The position numbers and the translations under genes are program-made. Shown piece after piece: positions 27,782 to 38,297 of a DNA stretch of 52,692 nucleotides; position 1 is the first letter of the stretch, and every line of letters begins with the position of its first letter. The DNA lies in IMG/VR virus record IMGVR_UViG_3300032329_000320, positions 1-52,692 of that record. The stretch is one strand, 5' to 3'. The DNA comes from a virus (taxonomy: Duplodnaviria; Caudoviricetes). The notes under the pieces were generated by a model. That model saw only the letters and a program-made list of their open reading frames with translations. It did not search any database and had not been told where the DNA came from.

Positions 27782-30700
27782 TGGGGTATACTTTAACTCA
27801 AATCAATACAATTCTATCAAAAGCTGATAGGGCAATTCACATATTAGGCAGTGTAGCTTATAACAAGAAGTTCGCTGAGCTAGATGAAACCTATTGGTAT
27901 GATAGAGACATCATATTTTTATATAAGTACGCAGTAGAATGGGGAAAAGTAAATGACAGGGTTGGAACTGCTCGTATGGATTCTATTGTGGAGAGGTTAG
28001 AGGCAATGATGGAGATATATGACTACGGAAGTTTAGCTCCTATTTATAGTCAAGTAGCTCAGGTTACAGGAATAAGCACTATTAACTTCTTAACAGAAGA
28101 AACAGACCCAACAGTTCCGGCATGGGTAAAACTAATAACACAATCAAATATAGCAAACTGGGATGATTCTTATGGAAATAAAGTTACGTCAGCAGCAGTA
28201 ACAGGAACCAACACAAAGACCCTTACTTTAAATCAGCAAGACGGAGGAACAGTAACGGCTTCTTGGACAGACATCAATACAGATGCTGTTAGTTCTGTTT
28301 TCGGAAGAACAGGGGCTATAGTAGCTCAGTCAGGAGACTACACTACAACTCAGGTAACAGAAGGATTAAACTTATATTATACAGACGGAAGAGTTAGAAA
28401 TGCTATATCTGAATCAATAGTAGGAATAGACTATAATTCTACCACAGGAGTATTTAGTACTACTGCTGGCTATTCTATACCAACATCATCTAGTCAGGCT
28501 AATTGGGATACAGCTTATGCCAATAGAATCACTAGCCTAACGACTACAGGAACTTCTGGAGCAGCTACACTTATTAGTAATATATTAAATATCCCAGCAT
28601 ATACTTTAGCTGGACTTGGTGGTATTAGCTTGACTTCGTTAAGCGCATCAAGCCCTTTATTATATAATAATACTACAGGAGTATTTTCTATACAAGTAGC
28701 AAATGGCTCTCAAAATGGTTACCTATCATCAACTGATTGGACAACATTTAATAGCAAGCAGTCTGCATTAACTTTTAGTTCTCCATTAGTAAACATATCG
28801 GGAACTGTATCTATTCCTGCTGCAACAAGTTCTGTTAATGGTTATTTAACTTCTACAGACTGGATTACATTTAATAATAAACAATCTGCAGGTAATTATA
28901 TTACTTCATTAACAGGAGAAGCTACGGCTTCAGGTCCCGGGAACGCAAGTGTCACATTAAGTACATCTGCGGTTACTGGTAAAATACTTTCGGGATTAAA
29001 TTTAACTGCGGGAGGAACTATTATAGATACTGATTCTATATTACAGGCTTTTGGTAAGGTTCAAAATCAAATATCAGGATTATTTGGAGGAGTTACTTAT
29101 CAAGGAATATGGAATGCATCTATAAATAGTCCTTCATTAAATAGTTTTATAGGTACGAAGGGTTATTATTATATAGTTAGTGTGGATGGCTCTACCAACT
29201 TAAATGGTATTACAGATTGGAAGGTAGGTGATTGGGTAGTATTTAATGGCTCTTCATGGGATAAGGTTGATAATACAGATGCTGTAAGTTCGGTAAATGG
29301 ATTTACGGGTGCTGTAAGTTTAACTACATCTAGCATATCAGAAGGAACCAATTTATACTATTCTGATTCTAGGTCTAGATTGGCTTTAAGTTTTATGGCT
29401 GGAAGTGGTAATTATAATAGTATTAGTGGTGTTATTACAATACCTACTAATACAAGTCAATTAACAAATGGAGCTAGTTTTATAACTCTATCTTCCATTA
29501 ACTCAACAGCCCCTATTCAATACAATAATACTACTGGTAACATAAGTATTACTCAGGCAGGAGTATCAAGTAATGGTTACTTAAGTTCTACTGATTGGAA
29601 TACTTTTAATAATAAACAATCAGCAATAATAAATGGAGTAACAGGTACTGGTACAAATAATTTTATATCTAAGTTTACTGGGTCTACTACAATATCCTCT
29701 AGTCAGATATACGATGATGGGACTAGTGTACTTATAGGCGCTACTGGTTATTTACCAAATGTAAAGGTTGGAATATATTCTACTTCTCAAAGGGCTTTAG
29801 AAATAGTATCTACAAACTCAAACGCTTTGTTTGTTCAGAGTCCTGCTGCTTATATTCTTACTATTACAAACGGAATTTGGTATTCTCAATTTACAAATAC
29901 AGGTCGCTTAGATTTAGCTGGCGACTTATTACTTAATACTATCACAAAAGCTACTATTGATACAGACAGATTTTTAGTAAGCGATGGAGGTGTTATTAAA
30001 TACAGAACAGGTGCTGAGTTATTAAGTGACATCGGTGGACAGCCTTCTGGAACTTATGTTACAAGCGTAGGAGTTACAAGAAGTGGAGATGCTTTATCTA
30101 TTACAGGTAGTCCTATAACATCAAGTGGGACTATTAATATAGGATTTTCAGGTAGCACTACACAATATGTAAGAGGAGATGGCACACTTGCAACGTTCCC
30201 TTCTGTTATAACAAATGCCTCTACTTTAGTTACAGAAGTATATAATGAAACAGGAGCAACTTTAACTAAAGGAACTATTGTTTATATCAATGGAACACAT
30301 GGAAACTTACCGACAGTTACTAAAGCTTTAGCTACCGGTGACGCAACGTCTGCGCAAACTTTTGGGTTTATACAAGATGACATTGGCAACATGAGCAATG
30401 GTTATGTAGTTCAGGTAGGCAAACTAACAAACTTAAATACAAACGGATATGTAGACGGAACGCAGCTTTATTTAAGTGGTACAACTGCGGGAACCTATAC
30501 AAGTACAAAGTCTTACGCACCTACGCATTTAGTATATGTAGGCGTAGTTGTAAGGGCTCATCCAACACAGGGGGTTATTGAGGTAAAAATACAGAATGGA
30601 TATGAAATGGATGAACTTCATAATGTATCTGCTCAAAGCCCAAACAACGGGGATATTTTACAATACGTTACAAGTACAAGTCTTTGGACTAAAGTTGCAG

Positions 30701-33700
30701 GTACAACTTCAAACATATCAGAAGGAACTAACTTATATTATACAGAAGCTAGAGTAAACGCTAATGCTAATGTTGCGGCTAATACGGCAGCAAGACACAA
30801 CGCAGTAACAATCGGAACTGCTAATGGATTAAGCTTATCTACTCAAGTTTTAAGTTTAGCTTTATCATCTAGTTCTACAACTGGCGCTCTATCTTCTACA
30901 GATTGGACAACGTTTAACAATAAACAAAATGCTTTAACCAATCCAGTAACGGGTACAGGTACTACTAACTACCTACCTAAGTTTACAGGTACAAGTACAA
31001 TAGGAAATAGCTTAGTTTATGATAATGGAACAAATATTGGTATAGGTACTACAAGTCCTGAATCTGTTTTATCAGTTCAAAAAAATGTTGCTGGCGGTAG
31101 AGGTGGTGAAATATCTATTGTTAACTACGCTGCACCTACTGTTGGTAATGAAGCTGCCTTAAACTTTGGTATTGAAGCATCTACTTATGGTTCTGATAAT
31201 GGTAATTTCCAAATTAAAGCTTATTTAAATAATACCAATGGAGCTACAGATGCTATTTTTTCAAATTGGAGCGGTTCTGCATTTTTAGAAAGAATGCGCA
31301 TAAGCTCAGCGGGTAATGTTGGTATTGGAACTACATCTCCTTCAACTTTACTTCACGTTAAAGGAACTACTAATGGACCTATAAGAGCAGAAAATACATC
31401 TTCAACAGGTTATGCTACTCATACTTCTTTTAATGATACAGGAGCAAATATGTCTATTGGTATGGGAGGAAGTGCTGCTTCATTATTTGCAGGTGTAGGC
31501 TTTATTGATACAGGTGGTGCTATACCTTTAATATTTGCTACTAATGATGTTGAAAGAGCAAGAGTAACAGCAGCAGGAAATTTTGGTATAGGTACTACAT
31601 CGCCAAGTGAGAAGTTATCAGTGATAGGTAATATATATGCAAACGGAGGACTTAGTTCTTATAGAACAGACGGTGGTATAGGATTAGATGTTAATGGTGG
31701 AGACCTTGGGCAAGGTAGTTACATTGCAAGATTTAAAGATTTTTCAAATAATCCTCAAGTAGTAATTTTAGGAAATGGAAGATTAGGTATAGGTACTACA
31801 TCACCTGCTCAAGCACTTGATGTAAACTCTGCATCTTCAACAGATACAGATTTAAAATATAATTTAGTTGTTAGGTCTTCGGATGCTTTTTCAACAACTC
31901 CACAAGCTGGTATTGCATTTGCAACATACTTTAATGGTTCTTCAAACTTACCTTTAGTTGGTATTTATGGTGGTAAAGAAAATGCAACTTCAGGAGATTT
32001 TGCAGGTAAACTTTCATTTGCTACAAGACCAAATGGAGGAAATATTACAGAGCGTTTAAGGATAACAAGTGGGGGAGCTATCAACATAAAAGATGGAACA
32101 TTAACTGGTGGCGGTGGTTTTGAATTTACAAGTGAAGCTTTTTTTGGTGCAAGATTTCAGTCAAACGCTTATAAGTTTATGGCTGGTGATAATAGTACCG
32201 AATATATGCGACTTACCTCAACAGGATTAGGTATAGGTACTACAAACCCACAAGTTAAATTAGTAGTATCTAATAGCGGTAATTTAGGATTAGAAATTGA
32301 CCCTACAAATACAAGTGGAACAGTTGTAAATATGTTTGCTTATGATAGAGTAGCATCAGTTTATAGAACAATAGCTTTGAATAGTGGTGGTGGAAATGTT
32401 GGAATAGGAACAACAAGCCCTGCAACTTTATTACAAGTAAAGGGGAATGGTGTTAATATGATTTCTGTACAATATACAGCAGATGCTGGTTCAGCGGGAT
32501 ATGGTTTTTACAATTCAGCAGGTACAGAATTATGGAGTATTGGTGGTGGTAGATTTGTGTCTCAAGATGCATTTGAAATTAGTAGACAAGGCTCATTGAA
32601 ATTCTTAATTAATTCAAGTGGTAATGTAGGTATTGGAACAACAAGTCCAGCTTATCTTTTAGATGTAAGAGGAAGCGGAATGTTTAATGGTGATTTAAGA
32701 CTTGATAATAATGAATTAAATACACCAAAAACATTATTTTTTAGTGCAAACTCTACTACTGGTGGCAGCTATGGTAATATAAAATGGTACAACGTACAAT
32801 GGGATGGTTACACAAGAGGAGAAATAGTTGTAGAAGGTGATGGAGCTTTATCAAATGGTAGAATGATTTTCAAGGTAGGTCCTACTAATTCTAATGCTAC
32901 AGAAGCAATGCGAATAACAAGTAATGGATATGTTGGAATCGGTACTACAAATGTGGCAAGCAAGTTTAATATAAGAGGCGCAAGTTCTAATGCTCAATTA
33001 GAATTTAATAATTTTTCAAGTGGAGTAAATTATCTTCTTTCTTATGATAGGGTTGCTTCAGCATATAGAGAAATACTTCTTATCACTAATGCATCTAATA
33101 ACTCTTTATATGTAGCTACTTCAGGTAATATTGGAATAGGTACTACTAGTCCAAATGTTAGTGGACAAGGTGCAAATCAAAGAGTATTAACAGTTCAAGG
33201 AAGTAGTGATTATGGAGTTATTGAGGTTGCAACAAGTTCAACTGCTGCTGGAAATTTACTTGGTGCTTATGGTTTCGCAAGTTCAGGTTTATCAGCAACA
33301 TATAAATTACCTGCATATATAGGCTCTTGGCTTGATGGTGGTGGAGTTACAAGTGGAGCTAATATGAGATTTCATACACAAGCTAACGGAACTGCTGGTG
33401 CAAGTGAGCGTGTAAGAATAACAAGTGCAGGTAACGTAGGTATAGGTACTACATCTCCTACAAGTACATTATCTGTTATTGGTAGTTCTGATATTAGAAG
33501 CGCAACGGGGGCAAGTGGTACAGGTTACGCTTTAGAAATGAATACAAATAGTTCTACTCCAAGAATAGATTTAGTAGATAATGGAACTTATACAGGTGCT
33601 TTCAAATCAAATGCGAATATAGTTACAGTTGGTAATAACTCAGCTAATCCTTTAGTATTTACAACAGGTGGTACAGAACGTGCAAGGATAACTTCTGTTG

Positions 33701-34239
33701 GAAATATTGGCGTAGGAACTACTGCTCCTACTGATTATACTATTTATGGATATGGTCCTGTAATAGAAACAAGAGGTGGTGTAGGTGGTGTATTTATAAC
33801 TAAAAATAGTACAGGAACTCTTTTAGGTAGTTTTTCTGCTGATAGTGGTTCAAGCTTAATAAAATTGAAAGCTGAAACAAATCATGCTTTAGCTTTTTTT
33901 ACTAATGATTTAGAAAAAGCAAGAATAACAACAAGTGGTAATTTTAATATAAAAAATGGTACAATAACAACAGGAGCAAGTTTTTCTATTACTGCATTAA
34001 ATACAAATACTGTTATTAATAGCACACCATATTCAGGTTTAATAGTTATTAGAGATAATACAAATGGAGGAAGTGCTGTATGGTTAGCTGACCCAAATAT
34101 GGGATATATTCAAATCTCAAATAATATGCCAGGTACTTTTTCAATGTCGTATGGTTCAGGAGTAACTAATATTCAAAAAAACTCTGGTAGTGTACCTGTG
34201 AATTATTCAGTAGGTTTTTATAGTAACGTATTAGCATAA
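27781..34239 (+). CDS. Long modular tail fibre / receptor-binding protein
   Basis: 2152 aa G/S/T/N-rich; about 11 GIGTT-type repeats, four LSSTDW.TFN.KQ-type and three EG.NLYY repeats. Confidence 0.85.
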   Translation: MGYTLTQINTILSKADRAIHILGSVAYNKKFAELDETYWYDRDIIFLYKYAVEWGKVNDRVGTARMDSIVERLEAMMEIYDYGSLAPIYSQVAQVTGISTINFLTEETDPTVPAWVKLITQSNIANWDDSYGNKVTSAAVTGTNTKTLTLNQQDGGTVTASWTDINTDAVSSVFGRTGAIVAQSGDYTTTQVTEGLNLYYTDGRVRNAISESIVGIDYNSTTGVFSTTAGYSIPTSSSQANWDTAYANRITSLTTTGTSGAATLISNILNIPAYTLAGLGGISLTSLSASSPLLYNNTTGVFSIQVANGSQNGYLSSTDWTTFNSKQSALTFSSPLVNISGTVSIPAATSSVNGYLTSTDWITFNNKQSAGNYITSLTGEATASGPGNASVTLSTSAVTGKILSGLNLTAGGTIIDTDSILQAFGKVQNQISGLFGGVTYQGIWNASINSPSLNSFIGTKGYYYIVSVDGSTNLNGITDWKVGDWVVFNGSSWDKVDNTDAVSSVNGFTGAVSLTTSSISEGTNLYYSDSRSRLALSFMAGSGNYNSISGVITIPTNTSQLTNGASFITLSSINSTAPIQYNNTTGNISITQAGVSSNGYLSSTDWNTFNNKQSAIINGVTGTGTNNFISKFTGSTTISSSQIYDDGTSVLIGATGYLPNVKVGIYSTSQRALEIVSTNSNALFVQSPAAYILTITNGIWYSQFTNTGRLDLAGDLLLNTITKATIDTDRFLVSDGGVIKYRTGAELLSDIGGQPSGTYVTSVGVTRSGDALSITGSPITSSGTINIGFSGSTTQYVRGDGTLATFPSVITNASTLVTEVYNETGATLTKGTIVYINGTHGNLPTVTKALATGDATSAQTFGFIQDDIGNMSNGYVVQVGKLTNLNTNGYVDGTQLYLSGTTAGTYTSTKSYAPTHLVYVGVVVRAHPTQGVIEVKIQNGYEMDELHNVSAQSPNNGDILQYVTSTSLWTKVAGTTSNISEGTNLYYTEARVNANANVAANTAARHNAVTIGTANGLSLSTQVLSLALSSSSTTGALSSTDWTTFNNKQNALTNPVTGTGTTNYLPKFTGTSTIGNSLVYDNGTNIGIGTTSPESVLSVQKNVAGGRGGEISIVNYAAPTVGNEAALNFGIEASTYGSDNGNFQIKAYLNNTNGATDAIFSNWSGSAFLERMRISSAGNVGIGTTSPSTLLHVKGTTNGPIRAENTSSTGYATHTSFNDTGANMSIGMGGSAASLFAGVGFIDTGGAIPLIFATNDVERARVTAAGNFGIGTTSPSEKLSVIGNIYANGGLSSYRTDGGIGLDVNGGDLGQGSYIARFKDFSNNPQVVILGNGRLGIGTTSPAQALDVNSASSTDTDLKYNLVVRSSDAFSTTPQAGIAFATYFNGSSNLPLVGIYGGKENATSGDFAGKLSFATRPNGGNITERLRITSGGAINIKDGTLTGGGGFEFTSEAFFGARFQSNAYKFMAGDNSTEYMRLTSTGLGIGTTNPQVKLVVSNSGNLGLEIDPTNTSGTVVNMFAYDRVASVYRTIALNSGGGNVGIGTTSPATLLQVKGNGVNMISVQYTADAGSAGYGFYNSAGTELWSIGGGRFVSQDAFEISRQGSLKFLINSSGNVGIGTTSPAYLLDVRGSGMFNGDLRLDNNELNTPKTLFFSANSTTGGSYGNIKWYNVQWDGYTRGEIVVEGDGALSNGRMIFKVGPTNSNATEAMRITSNGYVGIGTTNVASKFNIRGASSNAQLEFNNFSSGVNYLLSYDRVASAYREILLITNASNNSLYVATSGNIGIGTTSPNVSGQGANQRVLTVQGSSDYGVIEVATSSTAAGNLLGAYGFASSGLSATYKLPAYIGSWLDGGGVTSGANMRFHTQANGTAGASERVRITSAGNVGIGTTSPTSTLSVIGSSDIRSATGASGTGYALEMNTNSSTPRIDLVDNGTYTGAFKSNANIVTVGNNSANPLVFTTGGTERARITSVGNIGVGTTAPTDYTIYGYGPVIETRGGVGGVFITKNSTGTLLGSFSADSGSSLIKLKAETNHALAFFTNDLEKARITTSGNFNIKNGTITTGASFSITALNTNTVINSTPYSGLIVIRDNTNGGSAVWLADPNMGYIQISNNMPGTFSMSYGSGVTNIQKNSGSVPVNYSVGFYSNVLA

Positions 34240-34257
34240 AATTAAAATAAAATAAAA

Positions 34258-34656
34258 ATGGCAACAACAGTATTTGAATGGGTAATCAGCCAATTAAATT
34301 GCGCTGTAGAATCAGATGGTCTACCAGATGTAATCAATACAATACATTGGAGATATAATGCAACACAAGTAGATGGGGATAAGACTTACTTTGCTGATGT
34401 TTATGGTTCATCAAGCGTAGCACAACCAAATCCTCAAAACTTCGTTCCTTATGCAGATGTAACCGAAGCACAAGTAATTGGGTGGTTAGAGGAAATCCTT
34501 CCTGTAGCAGAGATGCAAGCAGGTTTAGAGGCTAATATTGCTCTGCAAATTACACCAAAAGAGGTAACACTTCCATTACCATGGGTATCTACACCAACAG
34601 AAGTACCTGTATTTGAAGAACCTACAATAACTTTAGAAAATGAAGAAACTGTTTAA
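34258..34656 (+). CDS. Tail-fibre-associated protein
   Basis: TIHWRY..FVPYADVTEAQVIGW motif typical of genes following such fibres. Confidence 0.65.
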   Translation: MATTVFEWVISQLNCAVESDGLPDVINTIHWRYNATQVDGDKTYFADVYGSSSVAQPNPQNFVPYADVTEAQVIGWLEEILPVAEMQAGLEANIALQITPKEVTLPLPWVSTPTEVPVFEEPTITLENEETV

Positions 34657-34897
34657 TTGGATGGGGGGATTTTTTTCCTCAGAAAGCAATAACTCTAGCA
34701 AGAGATTAGTAGGCATAATAGGGGCCGGTTTTCTTTATTGGACCCTTTATACCAATTCTAAGTCAGAGACTCATGTAGCCCCTGCAGAATCGCTTGTATG
34801 GGCAACTACTGCATTAGTAATGGTTTCTCTTGGACTTACAACTGTCGAATCAGTTACGGGTCTTATAAAAGGTTTTAAACAAGATAAAACAGAATAG
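34640..34897 (+). CDS. Holin-like two-TM protein
   Basis: SSKRLVGIIG plus two hydrophobic helices; directly before the endolysin. Confidence 0.65.
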   Translation: MKKLFNWMGGFFSSESNNSSKRLVGIIGAGFLYWTLYTNSKSETHVAPAESLVWATTALVMVSLGLTTVESVTGLIKGFKQDKTE

Positions 34898-34899
34898 TA

Positions 34900-35499
34900 A
34901 TGAAGCTAGATGCATTATCTACAAAGATTCCAGCTCAGGTATTATCAGAAATACCATCAGTAGTACAGAAGTTCTCTATAGATAGTCCACTTAGGTTGGC
35001 TCATTTCTTGTCTCAGTGTGCTCATGAGAGCGGTAACTTCAAGGCTGTTACCGAAAACCTTAATTATGGTGCAGCAGGACTGCGTTCTACGTTTGGGAAA
35101 TACTTTAAAGATGATGTATCAGCTAAGGCTTACGAAAGAAAGCCTGAAAAAATAGCTAATAAAGTATATGCTTCTAGAATGGGCAATGGAGATGAAGCTA
35201 GTGGAGATGGTTGGAAGTTTAGAGGAAGAGGATATCTGCAAACGACAGGCAAGGATAATTACAGCCAATTCGATAAGGTTGTAGAAGATGATATCCTGGC
35301 TAGTCCTGAATTAGTAGCTACAAAGTATCCATTAATGTCTGCAGCTTTCTTCTTTGAGAAGAATAATCTATGGAAAATCTGTGACGGAGGGGCTGATAAA
35401 GATGATGTAATAGCTCTTACAAAGCGTATAAATGGCGGTACACATGGGCTTGAGGACAGATTAGCTAAGTTCAGCCTATTCAACTCATTACTCAGTTAA
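34900..35499 (+). CDS. Endolysin, glycoside hydrolase family 19
   Basis: FLSQCAHESGNF, ENLNY, FRGRGYLQTTGKDNY, TKRINGGTHGLEDR. Confidence 0.9.
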   Translation: MKLDALSTKIPAQVLSEIPSVVQKFSIDSPLRLAHFLSQCAHESGNFKAVTENLNYGAAGLRSTFGKYFKDDVSAKAYERKPEKIANKVYASRMGNGDEASGDGWKFRGRGYLQTTGKDNYSQFDKVVEDDILASPELVATKYPLMSAAFFFEKNNLWKICDGGADKDDVIALTKRINGGTHGLEDRLAKFSLFNSLLS

Positions 35500-35532
35500 T
35501 ATATATCCGTATACCTTCATATATTTGCACTA

Positions 35533-35790
35533 ATGAAAGACAATGTAGTAGATAAAGTTAAAGCGTGGCTGATGCCACTTTTACTAAGCGGATTCTGCTA
35601 TATATTTTATAGTGATATAAGAGAGATGAAGTCAGACATTAAGATACTACTAGGTCAGAGTAGAGAATATTCTGTTAGAATTTCAACAGCAGAAAGAGAC
35701 ATAACAGAATTAAAAGGCAAAATAGCATTATATGAAAGATACCCTGCAAAGCATGAAGAAATTTATGACACCAAGAGGAATATTAGGTAG
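35533..35790 (+). CDS. Membrane-anchored coiled-coil protein
   Basis: N-terminal TM; promoter TATATTTG at 35520-35527. Confidence 0.6.
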   Translation: MKDNVVDKVKAWLMPLLLSGFCYIFYSDIREMKSDIKILLGQSREYSVRISTAERDITELKGKIALYERYPAKHEEIYDTKRNIR

Positions 35791-36064
35791 TCTAATTGCA
35801 GTTGTATTTATCTTAATGGTCTTTTTTGTGAAAAAATCACAAAAAGAAATAAAATTAGACCTAATAAAGTACGATTCAGCCATAAATAACGCTAAAATCG
35901 ATATAAAATCCCTAGAATTAGAGTCAAATGAGAAAGAGAAGCAAGTAGCATCTAAAGAATATTCAATTAAAGAAATATATATTCAGTATGAAAAAGATAC
36001 TACTTATGTCAATAGCATGTCTGTTGATTCTATCCAAAGCTGGTTCACAGACCGTTACAAATAA
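35732..36064 (+). CDS. Candidate i-spanin-like protein
   Basis: N-terminal TM then coiled coil; start could be 35753 or 35765. Confidence 0.5.
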   Translation: MKDTLQSMKKFMTPRGILGSLIAVVFILMVFFVKKSQKEIKLDLIKYDSAINNAKIDIKSLELESNEKEKQVASKEYSIKEIYIQYEKDTTYVNSMSVDSIQSWFTDRYK

Positions 36065-36386
36065 CGATACAGTAAAAATACACATAAACGTAGCTAAGAA
36101 GGTTATTAAGGACCTTTTGTTATTAGATGGAATAAAGCAACATAATGATACTTTAACGTCGATTTTGATGCTTAAAAACGACATTATAGCTAATAAGGAC
36201 TTACAGATAGAAAACTATAAAAAGATAAGCTTAAATCAAGAGATAAAGGAAGCAATTTATGATAGTGAACTATCTAGGAAGAACATAGAGTTAAAAAATA
36301 CCAATAAGAAATTAGCCATTCAACAAAAAGTGAAGTGGGTTTATTTAATTTTTGGTATTTTAGCAACATCATTTGTATTAAAATAG
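35988..36386 (+). CDS. Candidate spanin-like secreted protein
   Basis: Signal peptide MKKILLMSIACLLILSKAGSQ, coiled coil, C-terminal hydrophobic segment; overlaps the previous gene. Confidence 0.5.
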   Translation: MKKILLMSIACLLILSKAGSQTVTNNDTVKIHINVAKKVIKDLLLLDGIKQHNDTLTSILMLKNDIIANKDLQIENYKKISLNQEIKEAIYDSELSRKNIELKNTNKKLAIQQKVKWVYLIFGILATSFVLK

Positions 36387-36414
36387 TATATTTGTAATCT
36401 AAAATAAAAGCAAA

Positions 36415-36819
36415 ATGACCGTAAAAAAAACCTACGAAGATTTACTTAATGTAAATTATGGAGTTTCTTTAGCTGTTAGAAACTTATCTGAAGGTACTAA
36501 GGCTAAGAAAGCTTTAGAGAAATTCAACAAAAGACTAGATAAGCACATTGAAACCTACAATGAAAAGCTAGGAGATATTAACCTAGACTATGCAGCAACA
36601 GACGATAAAGACGTTTTATTGCTAGATGAAAAAGGTGGATATAAGTACAAGAAAGAGGACCAAAAGAAAAGAACAGAAGCTATCAAATCTTTATTAAAAG
36701 AAGAGTTTGAGTTTGAATCTGTTAGAATTGCAACAGTGGAAGATATTGCAGATATGCACTTCCTTAATGAATGGATTATAGGAGTTAATCCTAAGCCTGA
36801 AGAACCTGAAGAAGATTAA
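36415..36819 (+). CDS. Hypothetical helical protein
   Basis: 134 aa; promoter TATATTTG at 36387-36394; followed by a terminator. Confidence 0.7.
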   Translation: MTVKKTYEDLLNVNYGVSLAVRNLSEGTKAKKALEKFNKRLDKHIETYNEKLGDINLDYAATDDKDVLLLDEKGGYKYKKEDQKKRTEAIKSLLKEEFEFESVRIATVEDIADMHFLNEWIIGVNPKPEEPEED

Positions 36820-36834
36820 TATCTTAAAGTATAG

Positions 36835-36864
36835 AGCCTAGCTTTTGCTAGGCTTTTCTTTTTT
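36835..36864 (+). terminator. Intrinsic terminator at the end of the late region
   Basis: AGCCTAGC-TTTT-GCTAGGCT then TTTCTTTTTT. Confidence 0.8.
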
Positions 36865-37014
36865 AGAGAAGTCTATCTTAGTGTTATCGTACTTGTATAC
36901 CAACTTTCTTCTTTCCTTGATTCTCACTTCTATCATTTCTGTTAGTTTATTTATCTCTGAGGTTAGAAGTTCTACTCTTTCATTATCTTGCAGTGATTCG
37001 TAAAGTGGTATCAT
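36838..37014 (-). CDS. Hypothetical 58-aa protein (not in ORF track)
   Basis: MIPLYESLQDNERVELLTSEINKLTEMIEVRIKERRKLVYKYDNTKIDFSKKEKPSKS; stop lies inside the terminator hairpin. Confidence 0.4.
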   Translation of the reverse strand: MIPLYESLQDNERVELLTSEINKLTEMIEVRIKERRKLVYKYDNTKIDFSKKEKPSKS

Positions 37015-37032
37015 TTTATTAAATATTTAGGG

Positions 37033-37239
37033 ATGCAATATAAAACATATAATCTAATTATGGAAGGAGAAATTGATGACTCTGAAAAGATTGTTGTTAA
37101 GTCTTTTGTTATATCTAAATCAGATGACTTAGATGAGGTTTTAGACATGGCTGAACTAGCCGGTTCAGTGTCTATAACAAAATATGGAACGAGCCCTGAA
37201 AGCGACCCGTTCCTTATCAAGACAATTATGATGAATTAA
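37033..37239 (+). CDS. Hypothetical acidic protein
   Basis: 68 aa; composition more protein-like than the overlapping - strand ORF. Confidence 0.4.
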   Translation: MQYKTYNLIMEGEIDDSEKIVVKSFVISKSDDLDEVLDMAELAGSVSITKYGTSPESDPFLIKTIMMN

Positions 37240-38276
37240 AATATGTGAACGAATCTTGCTATCTGACCATGCAGTTTGTGATGCAAGAAGCCTTCAACAG
37301 CTTTAGGGGCGTGGGTATAACCATTTCGATGATGCCAACTATCTGTTCCTGATGGACTTCTTAGGGTCTCAACATTAACACCCATGTAATCTCTAGAGCG
37401 TTTATGATGTAAGTGATGTACGTAAAAATACTTGTGCTTACACTCTGACCAATCTAATCCGGCCTCATGAGCCATTAGCATAGGCAAATCAGATTCTTTT
37501 GCTCCATCTCCGTGCGTTGTACCTATTAGGTTATTATGGTATCTAAAATACTTTCTGTGAGCTATTGAGCAGTTGAACACAACAGCTTTATCTTTTGAGA
37601 ACCAACTGTTTATTGTATCTGCTAGGAAGAAACCATTAGTATAGTCGTGATTTGATGGGTCATACTGAACATATACGTCAGCAATCTCTCTAAGAACTTC
37701 TATGATTTCTATGTGCATTTGCTTTGCAATCAAGAAGTTATCATACCACATACCATCTGTATCCTGTGGAGTACCTGATGTAGTTTGTCTCTTTGGAGTA
37801 TCTACGTGTAAAATATCATTTCCTATAACGTAAAGTATCTTATCTTTTTTGAAACCACTAGATTTCTCTATGATGCCATATACGCCTTCCATAACTCTTT
37901 TAACAGCTATATCTACGTTGTAATCTTCTCCTGTCTCGAATGCACTAGATAGCTTACCTATGTGAATATCTGCTGGGTCAACAACTAACAAATGATAGTC
38001 ATCTTGTTTTAGAACTCTGTCTCTTGTTGGGTATTTATACTGAGGAGCATACTTGGTCATAGAGTCGATAATCTCGTCTCTAACTTCCACATATCCCTTA
38101 CCTCTGTTTGCTACGTTAATAGAGAAGTGGTCTCCCTTGAACCAATAATGTTTTACATCTTGTATGGGGATTCCATTTAACTCGCACTCGTTAGCTAGAG
38201 CTTCATGTCTACTTCTAATGTCTTTTAGAATGTCGAATTCCTCTTGCGTAATGCGAGGTCTAATTTGGTTGTTCAT
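37236..38276 (-). CDS. Calcineurin-like metallophosphoesterase
   Basis: ADIHIGK, GNDILH, SNHD, HGD, HHLHH motifs. Confidence 0.85.
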   Translation of the reverse strand: MNNQIRPRITQEEFDILKDIRSRHEALANECELNGIPIQDVKHYWFKGDHFSINVANRGKGYVEVRDEIIDSMTKYAPQYKYPTRDRVLKQDDYHLLVVDPADIHIGKLSSAFETGEDYNVDIAVKRVMEGVYGIIEKSSGFKKDKILYVIGNDILHVDTPKRQTTSGTPQDTDGMWYDNFLIAKQMHIEIIEVLREIADVYVQYDPSNHDYTNGFFLADTINSWFSKDKAVVFNCSIAHRKYFRYHNNLIGTTHGDGAKESDLPMLMAHEAGLDWSECKHKYFYVHHLHHKRSRDYMGVNVETLRSPSGTDSWHHRNGYTHAPKAVEGFLHHKLHGQIARFVHIF

Positions 38277-38297
38277 TGTTTATTTGCTTTATTGGGT

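Noticed and set aside
28700-33730. Repeats as a CRISPR array
   Set aside because: Degenerate, in-frame protein repeats with irregular long spacing; no cas genes
27781-34239. Diversity-generating retroelement targeting the tail fibre
   Set aside because: No reverse transcriptase and no template/variable repeat pair differing at adenines seen in the window
1248-36184. Antisense ORFs within late genes (e.g. 1248, 3559, 4304, 5806, 8758, 19472, 20923, 21824, 23136, 35259)
   Set aside because: Fully overlap well-supported genes and have F/L/S/I-rich mirror composition
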